DNA of 54,706 bases, the filler included, from Sphacelaria rigidula (Eukaryota): assembly GCA_964200075.2 (NCBI GenBank). It is 4 parts of 4 records of this genome, joined end to end, with 100 filler letters (N's around TTAATTAATTAA, not from the genome) between each part and the next. Parts side by side here need not be neighbours in the genome. Positions count along the whole stretch, not along the records: positions 27,406 to 41,006 come from CAXNAA020002774.1; positions 41,107 to 54,706 come from CAXNAA020002775.1; 2 more parts are not named here. One strand, given 5' to 3'. Positions 32,199-45,305 of the stretch are shown here, in pieces; position 1 is the first letter of the stretch, and each line of letters begins with the position of its first letter. The notes under the pieces were generated by a model. It did not search any database, was not told where the DNA came from, and worked only from the letters and a program-made list of their open reading frames with translations. A program made the position numbers and the translations under genes.

Positions 32199-34065
32199 CT
32201 ACAGTGCAGTGCGCCTATCCGACTGCAGCAGCAGCTGCCGCTGCATACTCCCTTACACGTTCGGGGCAGGTCTCAGCTACGAAGATCAGCTGCCCATGCG
32301 CAGCTTGTTCGTGCCCCCCTACTACATTCATGTTTACTGCACACTGCAAGGCGTCGGCAGAGGGATGGACGGAACTCATGACTATAACTCTCTTTATCGT
32401 TCGACGGCCCAGCTGGGTTTAGTGCCCTCGTGACGATGACAAAATGTGGCATGTACTATGCGCTTTCCCCCGACTTTTCTCCCTCATTCATGTGTCCGTG
32501 TGATTGCGACGTTTTAGTATAGCCTGGCGACCCAAGAAAACGTCCGGGAAATCACGGGAGCGCCATACTGAATGTAAGTAGAACGAGAAATCGTTCCCCG
32601 ACCATCCGAGCGTTGGATATCTGGAAGGGCGTTTTATCTGGGCCAGGGACAGAGCCCCCACACGATCCTGGCAGTGACATCAAGTTCGGTATCAATCCCC
32701 GCACTAGTCGTTCGGGTCTGGACGATAAATTTCGCCTCGCCGTGATTGGGCAGGTCGCTCCCTGACTTTTTTTTTCATTAATTCACCAACACCGTCAACC
32801 CCGTGCTAGTTGGGCGGTCGGTCCCAAAAGGGGTAAGGGGACGTTGCCCCCTCCTCGAACAGCTTCACAGAAGGCCTTGGCAGAAAACCCTCTTGGCTTC
32901 GGCTCGGCTGTACGGCCGCGTCTTGCGCGAGACGGTTTATAATCACAAGGACTGCAACCTGTGACATATGACGAGGCCTGACCGGTTGTTGTTATTTCTG
33001 TTAGTGCGAGCGTCGACCCATTAGCAGTCAACCTGAACGACAAGGCTGGCAAGATCTGCCGCTGCCTTTCGCACTTTCTAATGACAGTTCCCTCTAGAAT
33101 TGTCATTGCAAAGCGCGAAATGATCCGAAAGGAGTTCGAGTATCGACATAATCATACTTTCAATTCACGTAGTGCACAAAACGCCTCGTGTCACCGATGC
33201 TGCTTCGTCAACACTTACCTGCGCCCTCAACCTGCACCTAGGTGAAGTTTCGATACCACCAGACACCCGGTGCGCTGTGTTTGGGCTCCTAACCATCTAC
33301 ATTGCCACCTCCGTATTATTGAGAAGGAACAACGCCGGCTAGCGTCGTGGTTCCAAATGTGTGGTGCCTCAATTGTGCGGTTGGAGCTCGTGCGAAATGT
33401 CCCTTCAATGTGGCAGTAAGTAAGGTACATGCTTTCATACTTCCTTCCATCAGTTGTACCTCGTAGTCATGACCAGACTGGTGTCGAAATCGACTTACGT
33501 GTCTGTGCGGTACCTTATGTTCTGTAAGGTATACTGAGCTTACTGTAACCGTAGCCCTAACCTTGGTTTCCAACCGGGAATCACGGTCACCGTCATGAAA
33601 ATTTTGGCAGAACGTCAAGATCCGCCGACGAAGGCGTAAAAGATCGATCCAGCTGCAGTGGTCCCCTAACTTGGTACACGAACGCTCTCGCAAGAACAGT
33701 GCACTATCATTCCACCACCTGCGCCGAGGCCCGGTGAACATGCACGCGATCGTACAGATCATACGGCTGAAGCACAGTCAGTGTGATATTCCCGTACTTT
33801 ATTGTGACAAGGCTTTGCTGTGTTGTGGTGCATGCTTTTTTTTTTTTTTAATTTTTTCCTCACACTTTGAACCCCTCCCCTCTCGGGATGAGTTCGTGGT
33901 CTTAAGGGATCAAGCCATCTCTCCCCCGGTACGTGCCTTTCGTTTTGGTCTCGCGGATTAGGTCAGCACTTTCGCACCGCGTCAACTCACGTCGAACAAA
34001 CTCAGTAGACTACTTTGTTTACTCACGTTCTCACGCTTTCCGCGGTGGAAATTATACTTTGCGTA

Positions 34066-34148
34066 GAAAAAAACCAACACATCGGGAATAGAACCCCCGT
34101 TCTCTCCACCCTAATCGCGACAGTCGGACCATTACACCACCGGGGCGC
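34066..34148 (-). ncRNA. tRNA-derived pseudogene or SINE head
   Basis: Minus strand GGTGGTGTAATGGT (A box) and GGGTTCTATTCCC (B box/T-arm) at tRNA-like spacing, followed by an oligo-T run; acceptor stem does not pair. Confidence 0.45.
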
Positions 34149-35069
34149 GGCGCGCTGTACTGGAGAAAGGGTGTGCATTTGTCATTAGCGTGACTCAATA
34201 TATATATATATATATATACACTTGGGCATGTATAACAAAAAAACATCGTAGGACTTTACATAAGTTGCAGCAGGCCTTCACTTGTTTTGCTGTAGAAATG
34301 CAAGTCACATCGGTTGGTTTCATCGTTCTCGCGGATCGTTTCATGGTGAACGAACCCTTCGGCTAGAGACCGACCGGAAAATGGGCTTCCCTTCCCTCCC
34401 CCCCCCGTCATCTGGGAAGTGATGAATGAGGAATACAGTTATCTAAATTCTTGAATCAAAGTTTGAGCCTGCATCCCAATAGGCGAGTGTTATGCGACAT
34501 TACCCTGTCGTTGAACGCAGTTCTAGCTGATTGGCTCGATTCATTTGTGAAGCGACTGGCCTCGGTAATGTGAGGTGGTGGGATGCATGACTCCACTTGC
34601 CCGCCGCCACTGCAGGTCTCGAAGGTCCAGCTACGCCGCCCACAGGGCGGTATAGCAGCACAGCATCAGTAGTATAGGCTTCCGTGTCGCAGAGACCACC
34701 TGACGGTCCTCGTTAGCTACGTGTTTAGCAACAACCAGCTGATGCACAATCGCGCGGCGGCAGTTAGTATTTGGGCAACTCTTTTGTCCATGCGCGTTTA
34801 GGTGGTGAAGTCTGTGTATAGGCTGAACGATTAGTGTTGGGGGGTTGAGTTCGATTGCGTTCAGCGAGAGCTGCAATAAATGGAAAACACTGTCCAATAC
34901 AAACTGCTGTCTTCTGTTCTCCCCTTGACACTGTTTTTGTTTGGAAAGATGGTGCAACCAACGCAGACGACGTAGTGTGGATGCGGTGAGGTGTAGGATC
35001 CCGCGCTGATTGCTCTTTACCCACAAAAATCTGTGTCTCATCCAACCCGTGGAAAAGTCACCAACTGTC

Positions 35070-35248
35070 ATGTCAATTTTGGAGCAGGTCGATCAGACGG
35101 GGAACGATACGATGAAGCAATCGCAGGAGAAGGAAAAAACGGCTGCGGGGGGAGAGGTGGCAGTGTTTAAAGCACAGGCGGAGCCGAGCGAGCAGGAGAC
35201 CGATAACCAGGCGGGAGAACACCCCCTGCAGACACCATGGTCCTTCTG
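35070..35248 (+). CDS. eIF4E: Eukaryotic translation initiation factor 4E family, first coding exon
   Basis: MSILEQ...AGEHPLQTPWSFW; HPLxxxWxFW is the diagnostic start of the eIF4E core. Phase-2 donor TG|gtcagt. Later exons were not found in this contig. Confidence 0.85.
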
Positions 35249-37688
35249 GTCAGTTTCATATCGCCTTACATCTTGCCAAGGGGTTGTTGCATTTCTGCGG
35301 CTGACTCAACGAGCGCAAATTAGGACGGTACCCACTATCATGGAGACACCGTCTTGTAGAAGCAAAATCCGATGACAGCAGGCGTGCCAGCTGAAGGTGC
35401 GCGTTTCCCCCCCGTGCCTGGGGCAGCTTGTACAACCCTTGAATCCACTCTCGTTTCTGGAACATGCGTTATTAGTGTTTCTTTTTTTCATGATGAAACC
35501 TAGTCCTATTTTTCAGCCACGCGATCTGGTGTCCTGCTCCGACGAGAGGCCGGGCATAACGGTAAACAGTAAACAATGATGAAACTTCTTGCGGCAGACA
35601 GGGTCTTATTGTGACGCAAGATCGCCTGGGCTCGTTTCCTGATGAAAACAACCGCACATGACACACCGTGATTGGCATCGATACCAGCTGCAGTTGTCAT
35701 GACACGACAGTGACTGAAGGACAAGCAGCCATCGAGCAGGGCAAGAGAGGGCAGCAAGTGAACGCCTGCTTGCCACGTACGCTGCAGAAATAGAAGAAGG
35801 GCTGACCAGTTCATGTCTGACAGATGCGAACAGTATGTCTGGTCTACCTACATGATGCCTGCAGCTGTGGCACATTGGTAGTAGAGCTACAAGTAGAGCA
35901 GCAGCAGCCGCAGGCGGCGGCTGCGTGGTTTGAAAACGTCGCGTAGCATGCTTACAGACACCCATCGAACGAGCTGATTAGTTGTCTGCTTTTTCGGCTG
36001 CAATTGCAAGTATGGCGGAGAATCTCCCCCCGTGGACTTCACATCGAAACAATTACCGCTTGTTGCTAAGCCAACCAGATCGCACCGCTTTTATTTGCCC
36101 CATGCAACGAAGGGTGTATGCCAAAACTAATTGCAATTGGAGCACCCCATGTAGCCGCTGCTGATTATTGTTTTCGCTTCCTGCCGCCATCGTCCTGACA
36201 GAGGCCAACCGTCAATTGCAGTGCTGTTGGATACATGATACGCATGGCTGAATTCATTGGAAAAACCACCCCTTCGCGTTTGTTTCGGTACTGCGCCGTG
36301 TTGCTGGAGCGCAAATGATGCATTTGAAAGCGCGCTGAGACGCACACAACTAAAATTGACGGCATGGCGAGGACCGCTGGATAGCTGAGGTAGCTGGATT
36401 GTAGCTACCCAACGGTGTACATTTTCTCTTCCACGAACATGTGCTGCGCTCGTGGCGAATGAATGTGGGTTAGCACCCCTAATACACATCCGCGTTTGCG
36501 AACTATCGTGAAATCCGAGTTCTTTTACCAGCACGCGGAGCCGGTTGATGAGCCTGGAACATGACGCGATACATGGATGTTTAGTGTGTATTTGTTTATC
36601 GTAAGCTGTTTGTGACTCTTGGTCCTTTCACGGCTGAAAAACGGGGAATTTAGAAACTGTAGCTGCAATGCAAAAGGTGATGTGCCTGGACACATCCCGA
36701 GCCCAGCTTTCTCGTCGAATTGCAGGCTCGGCATCGTCAGGTCCTCAGCCATGTGATTCGTACGCGCCAGCGCTTGACGAGAAATTCGCGGAACGAAGAG
36801 AGTCGTGAAAATTCGTCACCAAGAGAACGTACAAAAAATAATGAGTGTTTTCGAAACCTGTTACATGTCGACATGGAGAACAGATGTAACCCAGCGCCGG
36901 AGCAACCACTCTTATCGTGGCCGTGTGTACGCATCGACGTTGTCTTCACCGTTAGCCTAGTAACACTATTCACGTCGATTGGGGAGGAAGAAGTGTACAG
37001 AGAGGTACGATATGAAGGTAGTGATGAGGAACAAGACTTGAAACTGCTTCCGCAGTTGAAAAAGACATGGACATCATGGGTGGATGGAAACGTGTATTTG
37101 TCGTACAGGATGTGATTTGTACTACCTTTCTAATGCAACAGTACCCGCTTGTATGCTGGGGCCGCAGTATTTGCATATTGCTGCATGGTAATATGTCGAT
37201 TGCTGTTCACAATTTCTATGCCGCTTAATCGGCATGACTCTTTCCCTTCTGTACTCGTGGGCCATGTCAATACTGCAGTATTGCAAGCCTCAAAATTGAG
37301 TCGGTCATCCGTATTTTAGACCGACGTTTGTTTTACAAGAGAAGAAAAAACTCGCCCAGTGTACAACACTTGGAGAATACCTTACACGTCAGCTTCTCGC
37401 ATCAACTCTACCATGACTTCATCAGCGCCCTCCCCCACGAAATCGTGACCCTGGTTTATTCTGGTACCTACTGCCCACCCGTGATGAGACTTCGCGAAAG
37501 GGTCCAGGTCGAAAAATTGAAAATCTCCTAATTGAAGCCTAAAATCCAAAACCGGAGCACATTTTGAGATCGAATGTAGGCTGAGAATGACACAATTGAG
37601 GGGTGACCCAATGTATGGAACTGTGCTCTTCAGGCGTAGGTCCAGGAAACGAAGATAGCGGCGCCTCCCATACCTACGCTGTACCATA

Positions 37689-37720
37689 CGGTACAGTACA
37701 GTACAGTACAGTACAGTACA
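37689..37720. repeat. (GTACA)n microsatellite
   Basis: Directly visible; possibly the tail of a short retroposon. Confidence 0.9.
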
Positions 37721-38143
37721 GGAGTAAAAAAGTTGACGCCGACCTCAGTGTCCCTTGCTTGGCTCTGAAAGCTTCGCCACCGCGGTTCCAATTTCGCACG
37801 TTCACCACCTCTCGGGTTCTACTTTTCGCGTACACCAACGTGTTGGTGTGCGCTCGTGTGCTGATGTCGGCATCGTTTGCAGTACAGAATACACTTGACG
37901 GCGTGAAGACGGTGAATTTACTGCAGAAAAGCAGCACCGCACACCTTCCATCGTCGCCAACGTTATCTTTCTTGGCCAAGACGGCACTATAGACCATCGA
38001 ATCATGTCGAGCAAGCACCGTGGAACGTACTTGGCAAGCCGAATCATCCCGCTGCGGAGTCGTGGGAAAGCATTCAAAACTCCCGCGAGCAGCGTCGTTA
38101 AAGGAATTTAAAAAGCTCAGATTATCACGGACATCACTTGGTT

Positions 38144-41006
38144 TTGACTGATTGATTGATGGGTTGTCGCACATTCACTGACCCCCCTGGGGTCCAGCCG
38201 TGGTGACATGATATGCGTACCCAAGATAAAACAAGACTGAAACACACCTTCAACAAAGAGAAGGAACACAAAAAGTTGAACAGAACACCATGGTGGACTA
38301 TAGTAAGACGCTCAAAACGAAAGGAAACAAATAAACAAAAAAGAGAAAACAACGCAGAGCAAGGAAAGAAATAGCCGGTTTCTGCCACATAGCTTCGGCG
38401 TACAAGGTCTTGCGCGGAAGCACACTCATACCCCGTCGTGAAAAAACACGAAGGGCGTGGAAAAGGAAGTATTGCAGCTCATCTACCACAAACGCTCTAT
38501 TTAGGGTACGGATCCTGTCATCCACGAAGAAACACGATGACGCGAGGTATCGCACTGCTCTACCGTACACCGGCAGGAACACATATGTATATAGAAATAT
38601 TGGGAGAGGGGAGAACAGGAAAGGAGACTAGATTAGTGAAGCTCAAATAATTTAGGGCAGCAGAGTACAGTAGATACAGACATACACCAGGCGGCACCGC
38701 AGAGCCGCCGACTAAGGACACAACCAACAACCGATATGAGCAGACAAGATTCTTCGATTGGCGGCCCTCGACGCAGCAACCTCTCGTTTGTGACGGTCGT
38801 CTGATTCTCGTTTGGCCGCGCGTCGCCGCTGGTCCTCAACTCTTCCGCTCCTTTTTTGACTCCAACATGGCCCTCGCCCATGTTCTTCGCCGCAGTGACC
38901 CAATCGTACACATCGTTAGCCTCTACACCGTTGACGAACCATTTCCGTCGTATCCCTTTGTGCGGAACAGCCCCTAGTCCACGTAGGTTTTCCTGGAGGT
39001 TTTCCTCCCATCGCTTGGGGGGGGCGGCCGGCCGCCTTGGGCCCTCGTGCGGTCAGCCGACCTTTCATGATGCGTTTAGGAAGGCGTGTTTCCTTCTGCC
39101 GGACAAGGGCTCCTGCGAAGCAGAGTTGACGTTTGTGGACAGTCGTCTCGATACGTTCGCAGTTGGTCAATCTCGAGCACAGCTTTGTACGAAATAATCT
39201 TGTAGCCATTTCGATCTTGTCTGCGGAATCCAGCCACTCGCAGCAAGCGCTTGTGATGGGCAGTCCGCAGACGATGAAGTCCTCAGAACGTAACGTTCAT
39301 GTGGTACATCCATACAAGAGGAGAGCTTCTACCACCCCCGCTTAGAGCAGTCGAACTTTCAAGGATAGCTTCGCGCTGGGTCGGTGGTAGAGTTGGCAGC
39401 TATATTTTCGGATACGCGCCCACGCCGCGCTGATACGGCGGTTGATTTCGATGGACATTTTGGCATCCGCTCCGATAGCACCACCGAGGTAGATGGACCT
39501 CCCCGTCTGTCTATACCGTTGAGTGACAGTTTTGATGTGCAGGGCGGTCTTTGTGGGGCTTGGTACTGACCCAAAGGCGTATGGACTCTGTCTTGCTCTC
39601 GGAGACAATCAGGCCGAAGCCCTGGCAGGTCATCACCATCACGGCTATCATCCGAGCAAGGCCTTCTGAGGTCCTCGATGTTATGCCGGCGTCGTCCGCA
39701 TAGAGCATTGCGCACACCGCGCGTCACACCTTTTCCAGCGGCGTCTCTTCCACGGGTTCACCACCGTCACCTTTTGGGGCATCATTGAGAAAAACCAAGT
39801 CTGAGACGATGACTGGGTCCACCGCGAACCGCTGAACGATCACGTCCACCAAGGCTTCTCCGAAAATGTTGAATAACAGCAGGGATAAATCGCAACCTTG
39901 TCTGGGTCCCTGACAGACGTGGAACCACGCTGATGGTTCGCCATCATCTAGCTGTACTCGAGCTCGCATGCCGTCGTGAAACATACGAATGCCTGGATCA
40001 TTCGCAGCAGGACGCCGAACCGAGCAAGCACTTCCCACAGGAGTGTGCGGTCTACGGAGTTGTAGACTTTCTACAGATCGATAAAGCACATGTTTCGTGA
40101 GACGTTGCCCACCCGTCCCAACTCCTGAAGTCGACGCACTATAAACATCATGTCTGTGGTCAATCTTCGGCGCCCAAATCCGCACTGCTCTTCCGGGAAG
40201 ACAGCTATTCCCTCACAGGAATTACCGAGCCTGTTGGCTACGGTTTTGACGAGACCTTGGGCCACATGTGCCACAAGTGAAATGCCTCTGTTGGTACCGC
40301 ACTCGGTCCTATATGTTTTTTACTCAGCACTTTGATAGTGACATCTTTCCATTCCTGCGGCATCTCGCCAGACGCCCAGACCCAGAAACGATGCTGCGGA
40401 AGTGGCGCAGAATCTCCGACGCCTCTCCGTTCAGTCCGAGCTTGAGAATTTCAGCAGGTAGAACATCCGGACCAGTTGGTTTATCGTTCGACATAGCTCT
40501 CAGCCTTGTCAGTTTAACTTGGGCTTGATGGGTCTCCTAGTGACAGCTCTATCGGTCGTTGTCCAATCTTATCGTTGACGGTTCGGTCGATAGTTACCGA
40601 TATGGCGTTCAGCAATGTGTAGAAGTACCGTTCCCATCTCTCTCTGATCAAACCTTTGTCCCGCAGTATATTTCCGTCCTCATCCCGAGTGTACTGCTCA
40701 CTCTCGATTGGTCGTCCAGCCAGTCTCCACCCTCCGTTGAGATGTCTGTACCATCCTCTCATGTCCCCCGCTCGAGTACACTTCTCTAGTTCTGTAGCGT
40801 GCACGTACACATATTTGTCCACCCCAACTTGGATCACCTCTTTGACCTTCTTGCATGCTCTCCGCAATGTGCGCCATGCGGGTTCATCTCGAGATGGCTC
40901 GAGTCTCATTGTTGATCCCGCTCTTTCCCTCTCCATCCAGGACGTGCTAGAGGGGAAAATGCGAGACGTGAACAAATGTGGCATGGAATCGTTTGATGCA
41001 CTAGAC
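38144..41006 (-). mobile_element. Decayed RTE-type non-LTR retrotransposon (reverse transcriptase and 3' UTR), cut by the contig end
   Basis: RT fragments in successive frames: RERWERYFYTLLNA, PEEQCGF...[11 protein letters not shown]...[17 protein letters not shown]...[30 protein letters not shown]...EINRRISAAW, FAGALVRQKETRLPKRIM...GRP. (CAAT)n-like 3' tail at about 38144-38160. Many frameshifts. Confidence 0.95.
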
Positions 41007-41106
41007 NNNNNNNNNNNNNNNNNNNNNNNNNNNNNNNNNNNNNNNNNNNNTTAATTAATTAANNNNNNNNNNNNNNNNNNNNNNNNNNNNNNNNNNNNNN
41101 NNNNNN
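41007..41106. other. Artificial contig spacer (N44-TTAATTAATTAA-N44)
   Basis: Same structure as 13604-13703. Confidence 0.98.
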
Positions 41107-41385
41107 AGATGGATTGATCCCTTGAGACCACGGACTCATCCCGAGGAAGGGGAGGGGTTCAAAGTGTGAGGAAAAAAGTAAAAAAGAGCAATCGACTCGA
41201 AGTCATGTCTGACTCTCACGACCATCCAGGTCCCTCGTGTGAGGGCCTTGGCGAGGGGGGGTCGGAAGAGTTGCCTTGGGAGAAGAGACTACGCCGACAC
41301 AACACCCATGGAGGGCGTTGGACTCTCAAACATCAAGCCGCGTATATGCTGTGCGTTGTAGTTCTTTTTCGGGCCTGAGTCACCA

Positions 41386-42847
41386 CCGGGAACCTCGGTC
41401 GTAATTGTTGGCGACCGCATTGAGGGGCAATCGCACCAGCAATCCATTTCCCGCTGCATGCACCAAGATTTTTAAGCAGTAGTCATATCGCAAGCTGAGT
41501 GATGGGTGAAGGGGGGGAATACACCCCTCCTCCCCCTCGCCGCCGCCGCCCGCTCCCCCAACCATGGCAGAAGGCTGCTGCAGACCTGTTGACTGAGAGT
41601 GTATGATTCGATTCAAATCTTGCTCACCGCCCCATGTGCACTCGGCGTCCATCTACGCCTACAAAGACTCTCTCCTCGCGGAACTTCTCCCGAGGTAAAG
41701 CCTCGGAACAGCCACTGTAGCTCGTGAGATAAATAAAATGTGAACGGGCACAACGTCAAGACCGCGGGGATGATTTCGACGGCCATTCATGCACACGTCT
41801 GTATCGGAGGGACCCACGCACAGCGGGTATGTTCCACTTCACTCAGGATGGTGGGTGGTTGGACGATAGCTTCCTACTCGGCGGAGTGCCACGGGGGACG
41901 TGTGACACGTCTTTCGTCAAGTCTTATTCCTGGGAAATATTTTCAAGACTATTTTTACGAGGGTTACGCATCGACAAAAAGCACACCTTGGGTCTGATGA
42001 TGTCGAAACTTTGAGGGTGTGCTGATTAATGCTACATACAGGTAGGTGTCAAAGTCACAGCTTCAGTGACGCAAGATGCTGAGGGAGCGGTGTGCGTTGA
42101 AACGGTGGATACCAGTGTCGCGCTTTTTTATATTATCAGACAACAATTTCTGTTTTATGATAATTATAGGGCGTACGATATCTAGCGGGCACGCAGGCAG
42201 CAACGCATCCTCCCAGCTGTGAAACAACTCTTCACCCGGTTGTGGATCAACGCTGGAAGAAACATAGATAACAAGCATCCTTTAGGCTCCGGTACATATC
42301 CGAGGGTCAGGGGCTTAACGTTTCCGCTTGAAGGCGCGCGACAGGTTGACGTTAAGCTCCTGTCGCGCGAACAGTGGGTTTTGCCAAGGATCCCTGCAAA
42401 GCTATCTGGCGAGGGGGCGATGTCTCCTAACAGACAGTACCAGCACTTCCAGACTGGGCCTGATAACAGTCTAATAGCAACGGGGGTGGTTGTTGTGGTA
42501 TTTGTCTCCCAGTATTAACTTGAAGTGAGCCCGGTCCGGTCCGGGTTTGTGCGTGAGTATTGTGGTGATTGACCGAGTTTCACTCAGCCGAGGTCTTGCG
42601 AAGTATCTTCTGTTTTCAATACTGTGATGGGGGTGAATGGGGGGCATGACGACCACACTCCGAAAAAAATTATCACAAACGCGGGGGGATAATGAACACG
42701 TCATCAGCCGGTCGGACCTCTGCCGAACAGAACACGACCAGAACACACGCCTCATCCCTAGGTAACTTGCTTGACAGCTGCAGCACTTTTCATCGCGCTG
42801 ATCTCGACACAGGAAGCAAGCCGGCCTGTGGCACTTCATAGCCCCTT

Positions 42848-42880
<33 letters not shown>

Positions 42881-45268
42881 CTAGGGAATGCTGTCGGCGA
42901 TTTGCTCAATTCGCCACGGCGGACCCAAAAGGCTCCAAAGAGTGAACAGCAAAAATACACATAGACCCTTTTTTTTTGTACATTTTTGTTTGGTGCGGCT
43001 CTGCATAACGCGTCAAGGAAACCGCAAACAGGTTGACCTAGTTAGGGTGTGTGAGAAGAGCACGGAACAAACCGCAGTACAATCCTTCGCTTGGTTGTCG
43101 AGAAAATCGCGTTGAAATATCGGCACTGTTGGGGTCGGCGACATGCAGCGAATGTATATAGAGATTCAAGATGGGAAATTCGAAGAAAATAAATCGAAAC
43201 ATCAACGATGTTCGTGACTGACTGACTGTACTATTATAAACGCAACATGTAAACGATGACATTCTCGCCGTGTTTCGTTTCCGAGCAACATGTCTTTGCT
43301 TGCAACAAATAATCTGTGACGGCTTTGAATCACCTTGCACGCCGCTAGCTGCTGCTTCGTTCTGTGCCGCTCTGCACAAAGGGCAATTCCGCGTTTGACG
43401 AGCGAGTGCGCCATACGCTTTGAGTTGCAGCGAGCGGAATCGCAGATGAAAGTCTGCTGTTTTGTGTCAGATGGTTCCAGCACAAAACCCTGAGCGTCGA
43501 CAGCGACTTTTCTTGCCGTGATTGCACTGAAGTCACCGGCTGGTGACAGCGGCGATGGTGTTTTTCCTGACCGACTGTCTGTACTAAAAACAAGATGTAA
43601 ACGATGCCATTCTCGCCGTGTTTCATTCCCGAGCAAATGTGTGACGGCCTTACATCATCTTACACGCCGCCTGCTGCTGCTTTGTTCTGCGCCGCCGTGC
43701 ACAAACGGCAATTTCGCGTTTGAAGAGCGAGTGCTCTCTACTCTTAGAGTTGCAGAGAACAAAATTACAGACATGAAAGTCGGCTGGTTTGTGTCAGGTG
43801 GTTCCAGCATACAGTCGAAGGCGTGGAGAGCGATTTTATTTTTCGTCAAAATACTGGTCGGTCAGGCTAATGGTTATTCCCCTGACTGCCTGTAGATTCT
43901 GAACACAAGATGCATAATCTGCACAAACTTTTCCCTGCTATGGCTGTGGTGTGTGGCGGCCACAACTGCTACTGTCCGTATTTTTGGATGGTGACGTTCG
44001 CAAGGGCGGTGAGGCGGGGTCTTATCAAAAGTGATTATCACTTTTCAAGAAATCACTTTGGTGAAAAAAGACCGATGATTGGTTGTTGCGATACCACCCC
44101 CTCCCCGAAAAGTGCCAAAAAAACACTTTTGCAAAAGTGATTTTGTGACACCTCGAACGGGAACAAAAAACATCCCGTTGACAGGGGCATAACCGAAGTC
44201 TTGAAAGACATGGCAAGACAATCATACGTGAACCTGAGGATCGCATTACCCCCCCAAATCAAAACACACCGCTCCATTCATTGCTGCTCATCAGCTAGGC
44301 ACACTGTGCGTGACCTTGCTCAAATCGGTCCAGAATTCAGTGAGAAATGATGATTTGCCTGAGACGCGCGCACAGCACACGCTCAAAAACAGTCAGCAAC
44401 AGCACGTTTTCGGTTGCTATTTGACACGCACGCGGCCGTCTTTCATCTAATACTGGACGGATTTCCGTCAAACAAAGGCTGTCGTGTGTAGATGATGAAG
44501 AGGTAGCGCTTAAGCTAATGCGCGTGGGTGCTGAATGTCTATCCGTCGTTTTTCGTGGCTAGGTGTGTCGGCGCTGTGCTATCTCTTTGCGTCTTGTCCG
44601 CAGCAGCACAGAGATATTGGACTAACGGCCACTTCCAGAACCGCCGCATTCTTCACCTGTGCGCAGATCTGGGCTTCTATCTGAACAAAATTGCTTGTCG
44701 TTAAGACGCAGCACTGATCGTTGTGGGGGCAATCACTTCTCCAAAAGTGATTTTTTGAAAAGTGATAATCACTTCTGATAAGACCCCGCCTGAACGTTGT
44801 TTAATAGGTCATGCGGCGCTTGCTTCTCAAGTGCTACAGCAACAAACAACAGCTGTTCTTCAAGCACTATACTTGTGCAACAAGAGGAGCACAAGCATCG
44901 GAGCAACAGCTTCCGCAGGCTGATACACACCGACCACTGAAGAAGTGCACTACCTTCATAATAGATGTCATATGGGTCGGATCGTTATTTTGAGGTGACG
45001 TATTTGTGATTGATATACTAGGCTCGATTACGATCCATTTTTTTGCAGACAGTGGTGGATGCGCACTTTCCCAAAATATAATACCCCAAATCGGCCCTCA
45101 TTCACCCCCGTCAGTGTTACTTTTTTTAGTTCCTACTTTCTTCTCCTTACACCTTATTTTGGGAAGTTCGCCTATGATCGCGAAAGGCGTCCGCATCAGT
45201 CGCCCAGTTCGGAAATACTATGGCAGTACCGAGCAGACACCGGAACGGCTTTTAATGTGAAGACAACC

Positions 45269-45305
<37 letters not shown>

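Noticed and set aside
34066-34148. Functional tRNA gene
   Set aside because: A and B boxes are present, but the acceptor and anticodon stems do not pair convincingly.
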